Below, piece by piece: positions 36,601-48,959 of a stretch of 64,000 bases of DNA. Source of the DNA: Phoronis australis (Eukaryota > Animalia > Phoronida); the NCBI GenBank assembly GCA_002633005.1, contig NMRA01000319.1, positions 103,546 to 167,545 of the forward strand, read 5' to 3'. Within the stretch, counting starts at the first letter, position 1. Each line of letters begins with the position of its first letter. The translations under genes were made by a program, and so were the position numbers. The notes beneath the pieces are model-generated. The model was not told the origin of the DNA. It ran no database searches and saw only the letters and a program-made list of their open reading frames with translations.

Positions 36601-39600
36601 CGGTGATCACGTGATCAAATTCAACAACATAAAACATACAAACCTCGTATCATTTTTCTAACCGATGTCTCTTGCCTTTCCATTTCGGCTTTGGCACTAC
36701 TCCTGCAAAATAAGAACGATTCATTTCCAAGGCATGGCGCGACATGTACATGAGCTTTCAACCTAACAACGTATAATGTCGCTCGATTTTTCAACCACAG
36801 AGTACATAAAATTTTTTATCTGTTTCAAGAGAGTTAGCCGTCACCTGCTGAGCTGGACATATGATTAAAACGGCTAGATTTCAAATGGAGAACAAAACCC
36901 AAAATATTGGTTTGGCCCACTTGAATGGTGCATGGGACTAAGGGGTGGCAACCCAATAAAAGAAGTGCTGTCCTCAGGGGCGGATCCAGGATTTTGAGTT
37001 AGGGGATCCACGTCAGAGTATTAGCCAGGATTTCGCTCGTCAGACGTTCGTGCCCCCGAACTGCCAAATGGATCTAGGAGAATTTTAGGGGGACATGGCC
37101 CTCTTGGCCCCCCTCTAAATCCGCCATTGGTCCTCCCTAGTATCTTCAAAAAGTCCAAATCAATACATGGCGTGATTATAATACCAAAACTGAAGGATAT
37201 TTTCACTTAAACTGGTTATTTAATGTTCATCCTGTTGAACAAAATGGTGGCATTTTTTACAAATATCTCTCACGTGAAATGTGAATTAAAAATGCGGAAG
37301 GGGACATTGTCAAGACTTAGTTAGCTAGAATCACACGACAGTGGTTTGGTCAACAGCGCTCGCATTAAAGAATAGTTTCTGCCAAGAAACACAAACATTA
37401 GTTACTTGCAGAAAAATGTCACATAGCCAAAGTTAAAAGCAGCCATTACGTACTTTTAATGACCCCGGTTTTGTCGTTGAGCATATTAAATTTTGTATTG
37501 GCATTCTCCTTCAATACTCTTTAATGCCCCTTTAATACGCACAGTAGGACTGATCATAAATTTATGTAGGAATTTTGTCAAAGCATGCGCGGTAGCAGTA
37601 CAGTGTATAAGAGATGCATTATAGCTATAAGTTGGTCGACAAGTAGGGAATAAGATTCATGTACCATTCTTCCAACGACTTGCTGGAAACCCGATTGTCT
37701 AGCGCCCTCTGTGGACCCCGCCGAGTAATCTGCAAAAGAAACCAAGACAAATACGATAACTCTCAGATTTATATGAAGTTGTAATTGTTCCATTCTTGTT
37801 CCCAAAATGGATGTCACATTTCGAATTTCATTCACGAATGAAAGTAAAATAATAGAAGTTTGAACTTCCAATATCTGTATCTTCAGTCATACCTGACCAA
37901 GAATCTTAAATTGAAAGTTTAGAACACTATGAAAAAAACCTAAGTTACATTTCATGAAGCTTTTTTGGACTTAACGTAGATCGAAATAATAATGTTGTCT
38001 TTCCACCACATGTCACGTTAGGCTTGTTGATCAAACATCATTTTAATCCCTTTTTTGTTTAAATTTATTGAGATTTGCGTTTGGTATGGACGTCTGAAGT
38101 GATGCACCAGTGGAATTGCTAGTCCCAGTGTCAAAACTTTCAGTAATATATAGTGTATTGGGGACGATCACAAGCTAAGGACGCCTGTGGTGTTCACTAC
38201 TGAGGTGAATCAGCCACGGACGAAAGGGTACTTCTTTTTAAATTGAATTGTCGGCCAAGATCGAAAACCTGTGAGCTCTCCGTGAGAGTTTCTAAGGGTA
38301 AAGGACTCTTGATATCATGGCGGGAAAACGTTTTATAGGTTTTATGAGAAACATTTTTTCATTCACATTTACGCGGTAATTGATAAATGCAGCCACAACC
38401 AAATTCCATAAATTTGTTATTGTAATATGACTTACATTGCCCAGTTGCCTCGCTGCTTGGTCAGTGTTTTTCCAGGCGTCAGCTGAAATGAACAAATAGT
38501 CATGTTTTACGGAATAGAAGTGAATGTTCAATTTGCCGTTCAAAAATATATATGACGTCCTCTAGTTTTCACAGGTAGACGAAATCTGATGCGTGCGCAT
38601 CCCATTGTTAACAATATGCATTATCCTTTGACGCCACCTGTTGACGGGAATGCATTCATACATGTGTCACCTGAACGATTTTCCCCAGTTTATTATCATG
38701 TGACGTCTTCGATTCTGTATGTGAAAGAGCAATCTACTACTCATTCATTAATTAGCGTTTACTCCAATTTAGACAGTCACTTGGTAAATAAGGTGAAAAT
38801 ATGCACATTTTCTTTATCAGTTCGGAATAGTGTTCAGCGAACAGCACCCCATGTATTCAAAAAGATGTAAGTTTGACAAAACACTTCAGTGATGCAACGT
38901 CTTCTGCAACATGAAGTTCCTTAGCATCCTAAAACGGTGAAGTGTTGAAATGAATGGATTGGTAACGTGTCTTTTTGATTTACCAAATGTTGTTCTTTGC
39001 CTTTCTGGTGTCGGTAGAGGAGGTAAACCAATCTGAAACCATGAAAGGATGACTTGTGAGCACAACAATGAGCTGCCTACGTAGAAATAAATTTGATTTC
39101 AGCGTACGATTAAAGCATGCACTTATTAGGGGTCATTGTGTTCGTTGCTTAAATATTGCAATTCATTATACGCTCGTAACATGGCGGATAAAAATATAAA
39201 TTGGCGCAAACGTGATAAGCGGTTAGTAATCGTGAACACTTCAGCTGTTTAAAAGTTTTATTTAAGAGATCGTGTGACAGACGCTGTGCTAGACCAGCCG
39301 TAAAAAAAAGAATGATATAAATATCAAAGTTTCTTCCTTGTAAATTATCGGAACCTGAGGCCTTGCCAAAGATGTTTGTTTCTACCATGAAAAATATTCC
39401 AGATGCAGTCAGCGATTGATAAGATAACGCCGCATTTTGGAAGGTTTGGTTAACCCTGTCAAACGGAATGGATTTCCAAAACTCTTTTCCTTGCCAATTC
39501 ATTAAATAATTCGCTAAGGATTGCAGGCAAATGTCTAGTGTGGAATGGTTAGCGTCTGAGTAGCCTGGTTTGTAATTTGGCTTTACTGGAGAAATTTTGC

Positions 39601-42320
39601 TTATTAGTTATCTATAAATACACTCAAATTCACTGCAGTTCAGAGATAGAAATTACCTTCTTTAAGTCGACGCCGTTCCATATATGGTATTGTCTCATCA
39701 AACGTGATTTGTCCGCGTGGTAGGGATTTCGGAAGTCCAGTCCCTCCTGATAAGCTATGTCGGCAGCCTAAAACCAAGAGGGACGAAAAACTGTGTACCT
39801 ACATATAGGTATCAAAAACATTTCATAAAGAATTATCAAAGACTTCAATGAAGGATGTGCACAGCGGATTATAAGATGAAAATCTAACATACGTGTATTT
39901 TATTTGAATAGTACATCGTAAGTTTGTTTACTCTCTTCTCAAAAACAGCCGCGATTTCGGGTACAACCAAGGGAGGGCATTTTCATTTCCCAATACATCG
40001 TGGGTTCGTTCCCCAATGCACTAGGAAAACTCAAACTGATTACGCACGAACATGAAACTTGATAACTGTGGTTCAGAAATCTGTAGCCACCAGCCTAGCT
40101 TCCAAAGGCAGTGGTGCACGATTCCCACCAAACTACCATAGACCTTAGACCAACAAACAATTGGTCTGAGCATAGACGTTGGAAGCGGCTAACCCTTTCA
40201 TGAAGGTGAGGGGCAGCGAACCCGGCCTCCTCTCCCACCAAAGCGACACAGGAGCTAGGGTTGAAACTGGCGGTGGTGACCGGTTGGCACTGAGGGACAG
40301 GGTATGCGCTTTTTATGAAATTATCCACTCCACCCCAACAGAGGGCCGTCGAAATTGGTGCATGATAGGGTGGAAGTGATAGAGACAGGGGAATTGGAAT
40401 CGGTGGTGACCGGGATCGAGTAGCGTTGCACTTGCAGTAGGGTGCGGATGAGCTCACAATTCCTAAAACCATCACTCCCACTGAATCTACGAAAGAAATC
40501 ATATGCTTATGTGAAAAGTTAAGGATTATACTGGCGTGTGACGTACCCAGGCATGTACGTGTATATGCAGTGCTCAGTCAAGTTCACAACTGTGATTGAT
40601 TCCGCGATCAAAGAAATAGTTCACCGACTCCGCGGCGTTGAAATGTGCCCGCGGGCGTTTGCAATGATACTCGCATGGCTTTGTTTGTGTCCTACTTCAC
40701 TTCTAGATAGTATATCTCAACGCCGGGCATTGTCAACAGTTATCAAAGACTGGTTCACATTGGACGAAATTATGTGCTTAAAATTCAACAAGCCCATTAC
40801 GGAATCAAATTCGTCTGCCTCCATTGAACTAGTGTACATTCGGTTCAGACAATCAAGTTGTACAGATCAAAGCGTCTCAGGTCTTAGCCTCAGAACCGTC
40901 AGCCAGCTGAGGGCAGCACTTAAAATCTATCAAAACTTGGCATAGGCCTACCAATATATACTTAGCTAGATGGTAAAATTCCCAATCAAATGAAAGAGGT
41001 AAAGCGGAGAGTAGGGAAACGTGTTGAAACCGAAGTATGTCTTACTGTCAAGGAAAATGGAAATATCTTAAAAAACAGCGGTATCTAACGTACAATATTT
41101 CCTGCAGTTTCACCTTTGTCGATCTTACAACTGAACAACACAGTCACCTTATTAATATAGCAATTGTAGGGTCTAGGCCTACATTAGATCGTTAAGTAAA
41201 ATTTACCACCCAACAATCCGGTATCTTGTTGTTAGACATCTCCCCCGTCGCAGCTCTGTCACGTCAGGCTCAATCACTACATGTTACCAGGATGAGCGAA
41301 GACTGCCGAGTCATTTAACGACTAATGTAAATAACACTATTAGAGCAGTCATGGGCGTGAATTACAAAGCAAACAGCGCATTCCGCCACCTATCGGTCAA
41401 AGAATGCGGCTCACAGCAGACGACACTGAATCGGCGACTGTTCAGCCAGCACTTTACGTGAACTTGATCTAAAGTAATAAAGTTTCTGTGAGTATCCAAT
41501 TCAAAATGCTCGGTGAAGTGAATTAAATTAGGAAGGTAATTGGTTTCATTGATACTTTGAAAAAGGCTTTACCTACGATAAAACGATTTTTTCATTAAGG
41601 GGTGTGGCAGGGTGCATATGTGTATGCATTACCTTGATAACCTTCACCTTGTAGTGCAGTCTGTTGTTCAATTTGAGAAAGACTAATGTTCAATCTAAAG
41701 TTACTAATACATGCAATTTTATCTCAATTCAGTTCATTTTCTTACAATTTATATGATAATATCAATACAAGATTGCATTTTACTAAAATGGTGAACAAGA
41801 ATAATCCATAAAAAGGACAAATTGAAATTTTATGTATTAGAAAACCAATTTCAATTTTCTTGTTATCAGAAAGAGACATAGGGCTCCTGCATAATAACCC
41901 CTTTCTGCGAAACAACATCGTCACAGACCACACACGCCATCAACCAATCAGCAGTCTCAACAAGATTGGCAAGATCGTACTTACACATCTTTCTGCCTCG
42001 TCAATGTCTCCGTACTCTTCCTCCTCACCAAATACGGACTCTGTCGGTTCCGATCTCCCTGTCTGGGTACTTTTGCCTGATCCGTGACTAGACTTGGCTG
42101 CATTGATGAAAAATGAAAACCTCGATCTAACAGCAGAACTACGATTTCTACTAGATCGCCTGACAACATCAGTCGGCGCCATGTCTGTGTGGCGAAAAGT
42201 TTTGCGCGGTCGGCGAAGTAATGGGTTCCATTTATTGCCCCAACTGATGACGATTCCTTTCTGAATTCGCGAACTAGGTCGAGGTGTCTGTGACCCTTCG
42301 CTGTCCTTTAAATCCGCCAT
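33696..42320 (-). CDS. Uncharacterised Ser/Arg-rich, probably largely disordered protein, 7 exons, ~391 aa
   Basis: Hand-spliced exons 42320-41985, 39746-39657, 39032-38984, 38482-38436, 37729-37665, 36702-36644, 34225-33696. All are GT-AG with matching phases (0,0,1,0,2,1), giving an open frame ...EAERC-EGLDFRNPY...DLKK-IGLPPLPTPERQRTTF-ADAWKN...-ITRRGPQRALDNRVSSKSLEEW-SSAKAEMERQETSVRKMIR-DAVCHG...SRPKTAP. An extra small exon near 41633-41680 is possible. No domain recognised. Confidence 0.72.
34485..36106. mobile_element. Non-autonomous DNA transposon (Kolobok-like TTAA-flanked ends), possibly composite or two partial copies
   Basis: Left end ttaa|ggagattcgacacgc and right end gctgtgtcgaactccc|ttaa are imperfect inverted repeats flanked by TTAA. 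No coding capacity. A right-end-like stretch also occurs at ~34600-34640. Confidence 0.55.
34777..34845 (-). mobile_element. Extremely 5'-truncated copy (3' terminus only) of the CR1/L2 LINE at ~49000-52870
   Basis: The reverse complement reads cttggaaagcagtgctatcactgaagaggcc-ccctcattttaaatatcacaataataaataaa, near-identical to 52801..52870. Confidence 0.9.
36975..37129. mobile_element. MITE-like repeat, copy 2 (family also at 16771..16935)
   Basis: Ends caggggcggatcc ... aaatccgccattg are imperfect TIRs; the body matches 16771..16935 in inverted orientation. Confidence 0.8.
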
Positions 42321-45300
42321 TTTTTCGTTTAAGTGTCTTGTCAGAGTCTCGAAAGTTACCCGTCAATTGCCAAAGCCTTTCGGAAGGTAAACATTTCTGG
42401 GCTGGAAAATTTAAAACGTTCATTAATGTTTTTCCGCAGTCCACATTATACTTCTGAGAAATTTCAATGTTAAAAACCATTAGTAGATTACATAACCTTT
42501 TGACGCAGTTACCCTAATTAGAAGTAAATTAAACTAACTTCGGGGATTCTAGTCATTGATTTTTTCATTATACTGTCTAAGCTTCGTCTTGAGCTCGGTC
42601 TAAGATATGTCGGTCATCAAACTGCGTTCAGTAGAACAATGCTTGAGCATATGCACTTTGATAAAATGGCTTGTTTACTCTTACAAGGACCAATAATAAC
42701 TAGAAGATCCATCGCCTGCATTACATCCCTGATTACAGTGTGATACGATTTTCTGATGTCGTGTTCTGCAAAAGTGAGTTCGTGGACAAAGGCGCTACAT
42801 GTTTACTCAATATGCAACCTTTTGTACATAATTTAATAACTAACTTCTTGTTAAGACCGAGTTGAATTTCATACCTACACGTATCTAGCATACAGTATAA
42901 ACATGTTAATTTTAATCATTATCTTATCTAGTATGTAGAGACATGCTTTTATACAGCATATTCACCTCTTTCTACGACCGAAACATTGCATTATAACTGC
43001 ATTATAACTGCACAGAGAGAAGTCCGTCCACTTGCCTCAGTTCAGTGAAATCATTGAAGGATATGGCCAAAATCAATTTCGTTATTGCAAATTTTCTAAA
43101 TCGAGTTTGATTTTTTATGAAGCCAGAAGGAATATGAATTCAGGCCACGAAAGTTAATGTGTTGACTTGTCATAGAAATTGCGGAAACGGAAATTGACTG
43201 AATGGGAGAGCTGCATGTTAAATTTCACATTCCTTCGAAGCTGCCTCGTGCTTGCCATTAAACAGCTGCAGATTCCCTTCTAAATTTGTCAGACCAACGC
43301 CACACTGTATAACTTGACGATACAACGAAATGTCCTACCCAATATCTCGATCTTGGTTGCAGTTCTTTCGTTTGTCCATTCCGGCCCATAGAATGTCACC
43401 TTCTCCACATACCCAAAATTCCAATTCGAGACAACATCTCAGACAACACTTGAACAAAGTAATTTCATTTCCGAGACGATAACTAAGAAGCCAAACTATC
43501 CACTCGAATATTCGAGGACGTACCTACCAAGCCCCCGCCGACCCCATGGGAAGTCTGTGTGCACTGTACATGTAAGTAGCGACAGGTCACAACAACCCAT
43601 TGGTTCTTTATGCTTGTAAAAGGCATTCTGCATTGCTTAGTTTCAAGAGTATGTTGTGGTTATGTAATGCATATAGTTGGATAGAGATAGATTATCATAA
43701 ATTAGTTATGAGCTTGTGCTCCGAACTGTTTGCAGGGTAGTTCAACACGTGGGTTAATACGATGAAAAATCTCGTGGAGCTGCTTGGTATGAAAAAAAAT
43801 CCTATCATGATTATTATACACGCGTTGTTTTACAAATTAAGATTTGTCTTCAACCTTTTGTTATCTTTTCACTTAAATTATTTACAGTACTTGTTAAATA
43901 TTTAAAAAAATGAACCATCATTTTATAAAAGTTAATAATCTAAATTTAAATCGCGCAAAGACAACCAAAAGAATATCACGACACGTGATGGGAACATTAA
44001 ATCCAGTAACACGCAATACGTTCTTCATTTCTTAACCATTTTTAAATTTTACAGAATTATTTCCAGGCTTTACAGATTTGGCCAGTCAAAGGATACTGTC
44101 GGAGTATCAAACATCAGTTAAGACATTTTTTAAAGTTCTATTCTCTGGAATTCAGGGTGAGACCCCCTGCGCCTTTTAAGTGGTCACGATATCAACCTCG
44201 GGTACGTGTATCAAGTTATCTGTCGTTAAAACAGCGCTCCTTGATAGCTATCCCCAGTAATAATTATAAATCTCATTAAGTGCTGCCTACCTTGGTTCAT
44301 AAACGAATCTCCGTTCTGTGCTTACAGTCACATTTCACATCTGTCTGCTAGCACTGTTAGCCATTACTTGATCGATCCGACTCTTTGCTACATGTACAGT
44401 TCAACGTTTAGGGTAAACACCCCGTTGCCGTCCACATTAGAAAGCGACTTTATATAACGAATGTATTGTAAAAAGATGTCTGTAAGCCCTTTGTGACTCC
44501 ATTATTTAAGCACAAAAGAGTCCTATAAGCCGCTCACAAGCTCATTAAACTAAAGCCATGCCATAAAGAGGGAATGTTTGTACAGGCAATGGCCGAGCTT
44601 AGAATGGCCTAGGTGCTTAGGTATTGTGTTTCCATGCTTGGACGGAATCATGATTTATATTTTATTGAAATCTCGATTATTACATTTCAATAGGGAAAGC
44701 TATCTACCGTTTATCGATTCAGTCCGTGACATGTTTACCAAACGCCAGGTGTCGCCGCCAGTTATGAGAACATCTATAGTGGTAGTAATACACTTTGTTC
44801 TCTTTAAGACAAAAATACAGTTAATATAAATTAACGCTTATGGACCTGAAGGGTCCGCTGGCCACGGAGACACCAGAAAAAAAATAATAACAAATACAAT
44901 GTTACAGATAATCAGAATTACAAAATTAGGTGATGATGTAATTTAAAACTACTTGTGAAAAGACTAGGAGAGATTATGATTGAAAATAGTTACGCACAAA
45001 GTAGTTGGAAATAGTGCTCTCAAGTTCATAAGTTTCAAAACAAATATTCTTCAAAAAATTAGAACACAGAGGATTACAAATGGGTAAAAAAATGTGAGAA
45101 ACACTTTCCGGAAGGTTATTAATGATATGAGGTAAGTCATTGTGAACTCAATCGTCTGCAAATGGTTTAGTACAACGAGGAATGTGTAGCAGATTTGTCG
45201 TTGTTTGGTGTAATGTTCATGAGCAGACCCACGGGTTATTAAATGACCGTGATAAAAAATGAAGGTACGTAATTTTGAGCGTATTTGCAGAAAAAAATTG

Positions 45301-45614
45301 ATAATAACAACAACATACAAATATGACTAACACCGAAATTAACTCAGTATCGCCCCGATCTTAAAACGTAAAAATAATTTGCTTGTAACCTAAAAAGGCA
45401 TTCAAGTTGCAAACGAACCATGGAAACACAAAACAATTTGCAAACGCTACCGACCTAACCGTCTCAAACAAGAGTGAAGGCTTAGTGCGCGAAGAGAAAA
45501 GTAGATTATTTCAAGGGTGGCTTAATAATGTTATAGAATTCTTTGCAGCATCATCTGTACATTATATAAAGACTTAGTGTATAATTCTGCGTGATTTACA
45601 TCCTTTCGTGATGT

Positions 45615-46594
45615 TTAGGGCCAACACAACGAACGGGATGAAATCACTTGGGTAAATTGTTGTTCATACTTCGAGTTAACACCAATATTTGTGAGAAAAT
45701 CAGGATCATGCCTCAGATCATGAAACCCGAGCATTAACTGCTCAAAATCTCCTTCAACTTTTACCCCACATAACGCTGAGGACAGCAAGGCAGCAAATTT
45801 CGAAATTAAATTCTGAAACTTCGCATTGATGTCTTGACCTTTGAGCTGAACTTGTTTGGCGATGAGGACAATCTCTTTCACATGAACCGAGGCTGGACTA
45901 TTTCTAAAGGGACAGTCCACAATCTTGCATAATGATATTTGTATAGCATGCGCAAATGTCTCCGTAAAATTTTCACGACGAATGCCTAGTTCAACATTTT
46001 CTTTCCCAGGTGAATGTCTTCGGTTGTTATGTGCTGCAAATGTAAAATGAATACATTAATGGGGCAAAGTACACCACATGACTGAGCCTGAGAATGTACA
46101 CAATTGACACTTAAATTGACATGGATCATGAAAAGTCAAAGAGGTACTAACTTAAAAGCTACGTGTGTTACACTCAGTGGCCCCAAGGCACCACTCGTCG
46201 TAGGATATGATTATTTTCCCTACTTATTTTCCCAACTACAATCCTAACACACAAAAGTCGACATTTTCACAATGAATATTCATTTACCTTTCAAATTCGG
46301 TCGCTGATGCTTCTTAATAACGTGTCCGCGAAACCCACTGACAGAAGAATAGTTTTTGTCACACAGAGGACAATCAAATTTGTTGCCATCGGCACTAGCA
46401 CCAACAAAGGTAGTGGATGCTGCAGTTTCATCAGCATGTAAAGTGTTTGTTTCTTTTCTCTTTTTCGAGATTTCGTACCCTGAGAAATCGAGCTCATCAT
46501 CGCTTTCCTCCTCCGCAGTATAATCGCCCAACAGTGCGTCTAAATCTACGTCACTCCAGTTTTTACGAAGTCGTCGTGTTTGTTCATAATTCAT
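45615..46594 (-). CDS. Two-exon C2H2 zinc-finger protein (~241 aa), probably transposon-associated and possibly 3'-truncated
   Basis: Exon 46594-46288 runs MNYEQTRR..acidic EEESDDELD..FDCPLCDKNYSSVSGFRGHVIKKH, with donor G|gtaaat. It joins in phase to acceptor tttgcag|CA at 46033, which is open to a stop at 45615. It has a single C-x2-C-x12-H-x4-H finger. Confidence 0.62.
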
Positions 46595-47807
46595 TTTAGT
46601 TAACTCACAACAGATCGTAATGTGCTTTAAAAATACAGTAAAGTAAGAGAAACCAGTAAAAATCAACGTATATTCGAATTGGCTTATAAATGAAAAACGC
46701 CGACGTAGAAGAAACCACCGGTACTGCGCCAAATAATTGCAGGGAATTACACGACAAAACAAGACTTCGCTGCGATGAAACTCGGAAAAATACGTCTCCT
46801 ATTATTCTAAACGTAAATATCAGATATTTTACTGATGAAAGAACCAATTTCCAGTATGATTAACATTTTGAGAACCCCAAGTCGCAGTAAAACTAGATTT
46901 TATGACCAATGACGAAATTAAAAAACGTTCATCACTGACCCATTTTAAGGCAATTTTTAACAGATAAAAAACAACAACGAAGTACAATTTCAAGTCAGTT
47001 GTATTCTACGTACTCTAATTAGTACAATCAAAGCATTTACAATTGCAGAACTTAAACATCGTCAAATTTTCAATAACAACACCGACAAGAATCACAAGGA
47101 TTCTAATGCCGTGAAAATGCGTGCTTTTAAAAATGGCTGCCAATGTTATTCATTAAATGCGCATGCCTGACAGTGTTGACATGCGCTGAACTGTGGTTCT
47201 GGCCCTAAGTAAATCCGATTATTTCGCTGCGTGAGCCTGAATAGCAAGGCAGTCATAGTACAATAGCGATGAAAGTTGGGCTTGAAGTTTCCACTCCCTG
47301 TGTCAACCTTACCCAGAGATTGACATGCCACCAGTAGCTTCGAAACGTATCCTTGAATCGAAGTCCGGCCGATATCACTCACACAGAAATAGGTCACGCA
47401 CATGTATACAGTAGGCCGTAGACATCGGACCCGGCTCAAACGATATCAGAGATTGCGTTATCAGTTTGTCAGTTAAACACCGTGAGTCAGGTTGGCGAAG
47501 TTGTTTTTGGTGTGTGCTACCAATAGCCTTTTTACAGTTTAGGCTCGCTTAACACAACTGAGTCCTTCGTATGGGGACAACAAATACCAAAGAGTTGTCC
47601 TCCGACAAGGTAAGTGTGATCATGTCTGGAAGCCTATGAGCATCAAAAGATAGATGCATTTCGCCTTGTTTAGGTGCCTGAAACGATCCTTTTACTCTCA
47701 TACTCCATACCGTGATGTTATTCTATTTCCCGCGTCTCCGTAAGAACATGGAAACCATCAAAGACTGAAGAAAACCCGGCAGAGTCGTATGTTGTGTTTG
47801 TCCAGTC

Positions 47808-48360
47808 CTTAAGGTTATGTCCAACCTTATTTAGTGGCCTTCATTCTAACACTTTTATCAAAAAACTAAGCTTTGTCAACTAGTAAAAGTAAATATTTTC
47901 TGAAAGAACAAAGACCAGGAAATATACTTTTTGTATTTATTTGTCATTATTATTTTTACGTAAAAAGCTTTTTTAAGTAAAAATTTCATTTTTAAGAAAG
48001 GTACATTCATAGCAAAATACATGTAACCCCTCGGTCGATTTTAACGAAAGCTTTTTTAAATGAAAACTTCATCAATTACCTCAAAAACACTGTTAGGAAT
48101 TTTCGGTTAGTTTGTTCGTTTGGTTTCTATGACAAATCAACTCGCAAACCGTAAGGTATTTTTGTAAAAAATTGAAGTCGTATTCGTCTTTGTCACATTA
48201 CACAAAAAGTAAGCTTGTATATCAAAAATCCTAACAGCGTTTTTGAGATTGGTGACTAAATATTATGTTTGGAAAGTTTCAGCGAAATCCATCGTGCCAT
48301 TTTCGAGAACTCGTGTTCCTAAGTTCAAATAAAGTCGATTTGCCGAAGCCGAGAAAACTG
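47808..48360. mobile_element. Non-autonomous DNA-transposon/MITE-like remnant with internal inverted repeats
   Basis: Starts at ttaagg. Internal inverted pair ctcaaaaacactgttaggaatttt (~48080) / aaaaatcctaacagcgtttttgag (~48223). Boundaries approximate. Confidence 0.45.
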
Positions 48361-48959
48361 GGACACGTGAAAATCTCTAAGTCTTTGGTTAATTATTCTG
48401 TGAAAACTTGTTTTCGGTATACATAACCTATTGAATCCTTAACTATGTCACCTATTTCAATGTTTTCTTGCAATGTCAACTAATTTTGCAGTGCGTAACT
48501 AACTTAAATATCATTAAAACCTCAAATAGACCTATCTTTCGCAGTCAACTTTTACCGTTTTGTACGACCTACTTAGAAAAGTAGGTCACAGTTCATAGCC
48601 TGTACACGTCACGTGCTGGGAGACTGATACCGAACCAAGTAAGAAATGGATAACAAAAATTGAATTGGTGGTTAAAGTAAGTCGTTAACATGAAATCGAA
48701 ACATCGAAATGTTAACTTAATAATTGAATTAAGGAATAAGGGGGAGGATTTATCTCTTTTCACAACTTTCTGTGTTCATGACCAGACTGAGGCCAGAGGC
48801 AACTCGTAGCATTTGTTTTCAACGTCAACAGTCGTACGCATGTAGACCCACAACTCCCTTAGGATAAAAACTACGTTTTGTATTCGTTTTCCCCGGGATC
48901 ATTCTATCATAACCACACCTCGTTGGTTCAATGTTATGGCAAATTTGTGAATGAAAGGA

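Noticed and set aside
37700-37715. CTCF-like motif (CCACAGAGGGCGC on the minus strand)
   Set aside because: It lies within a predicted coding exon (PQRAL codons) and is explained by coding sequence.
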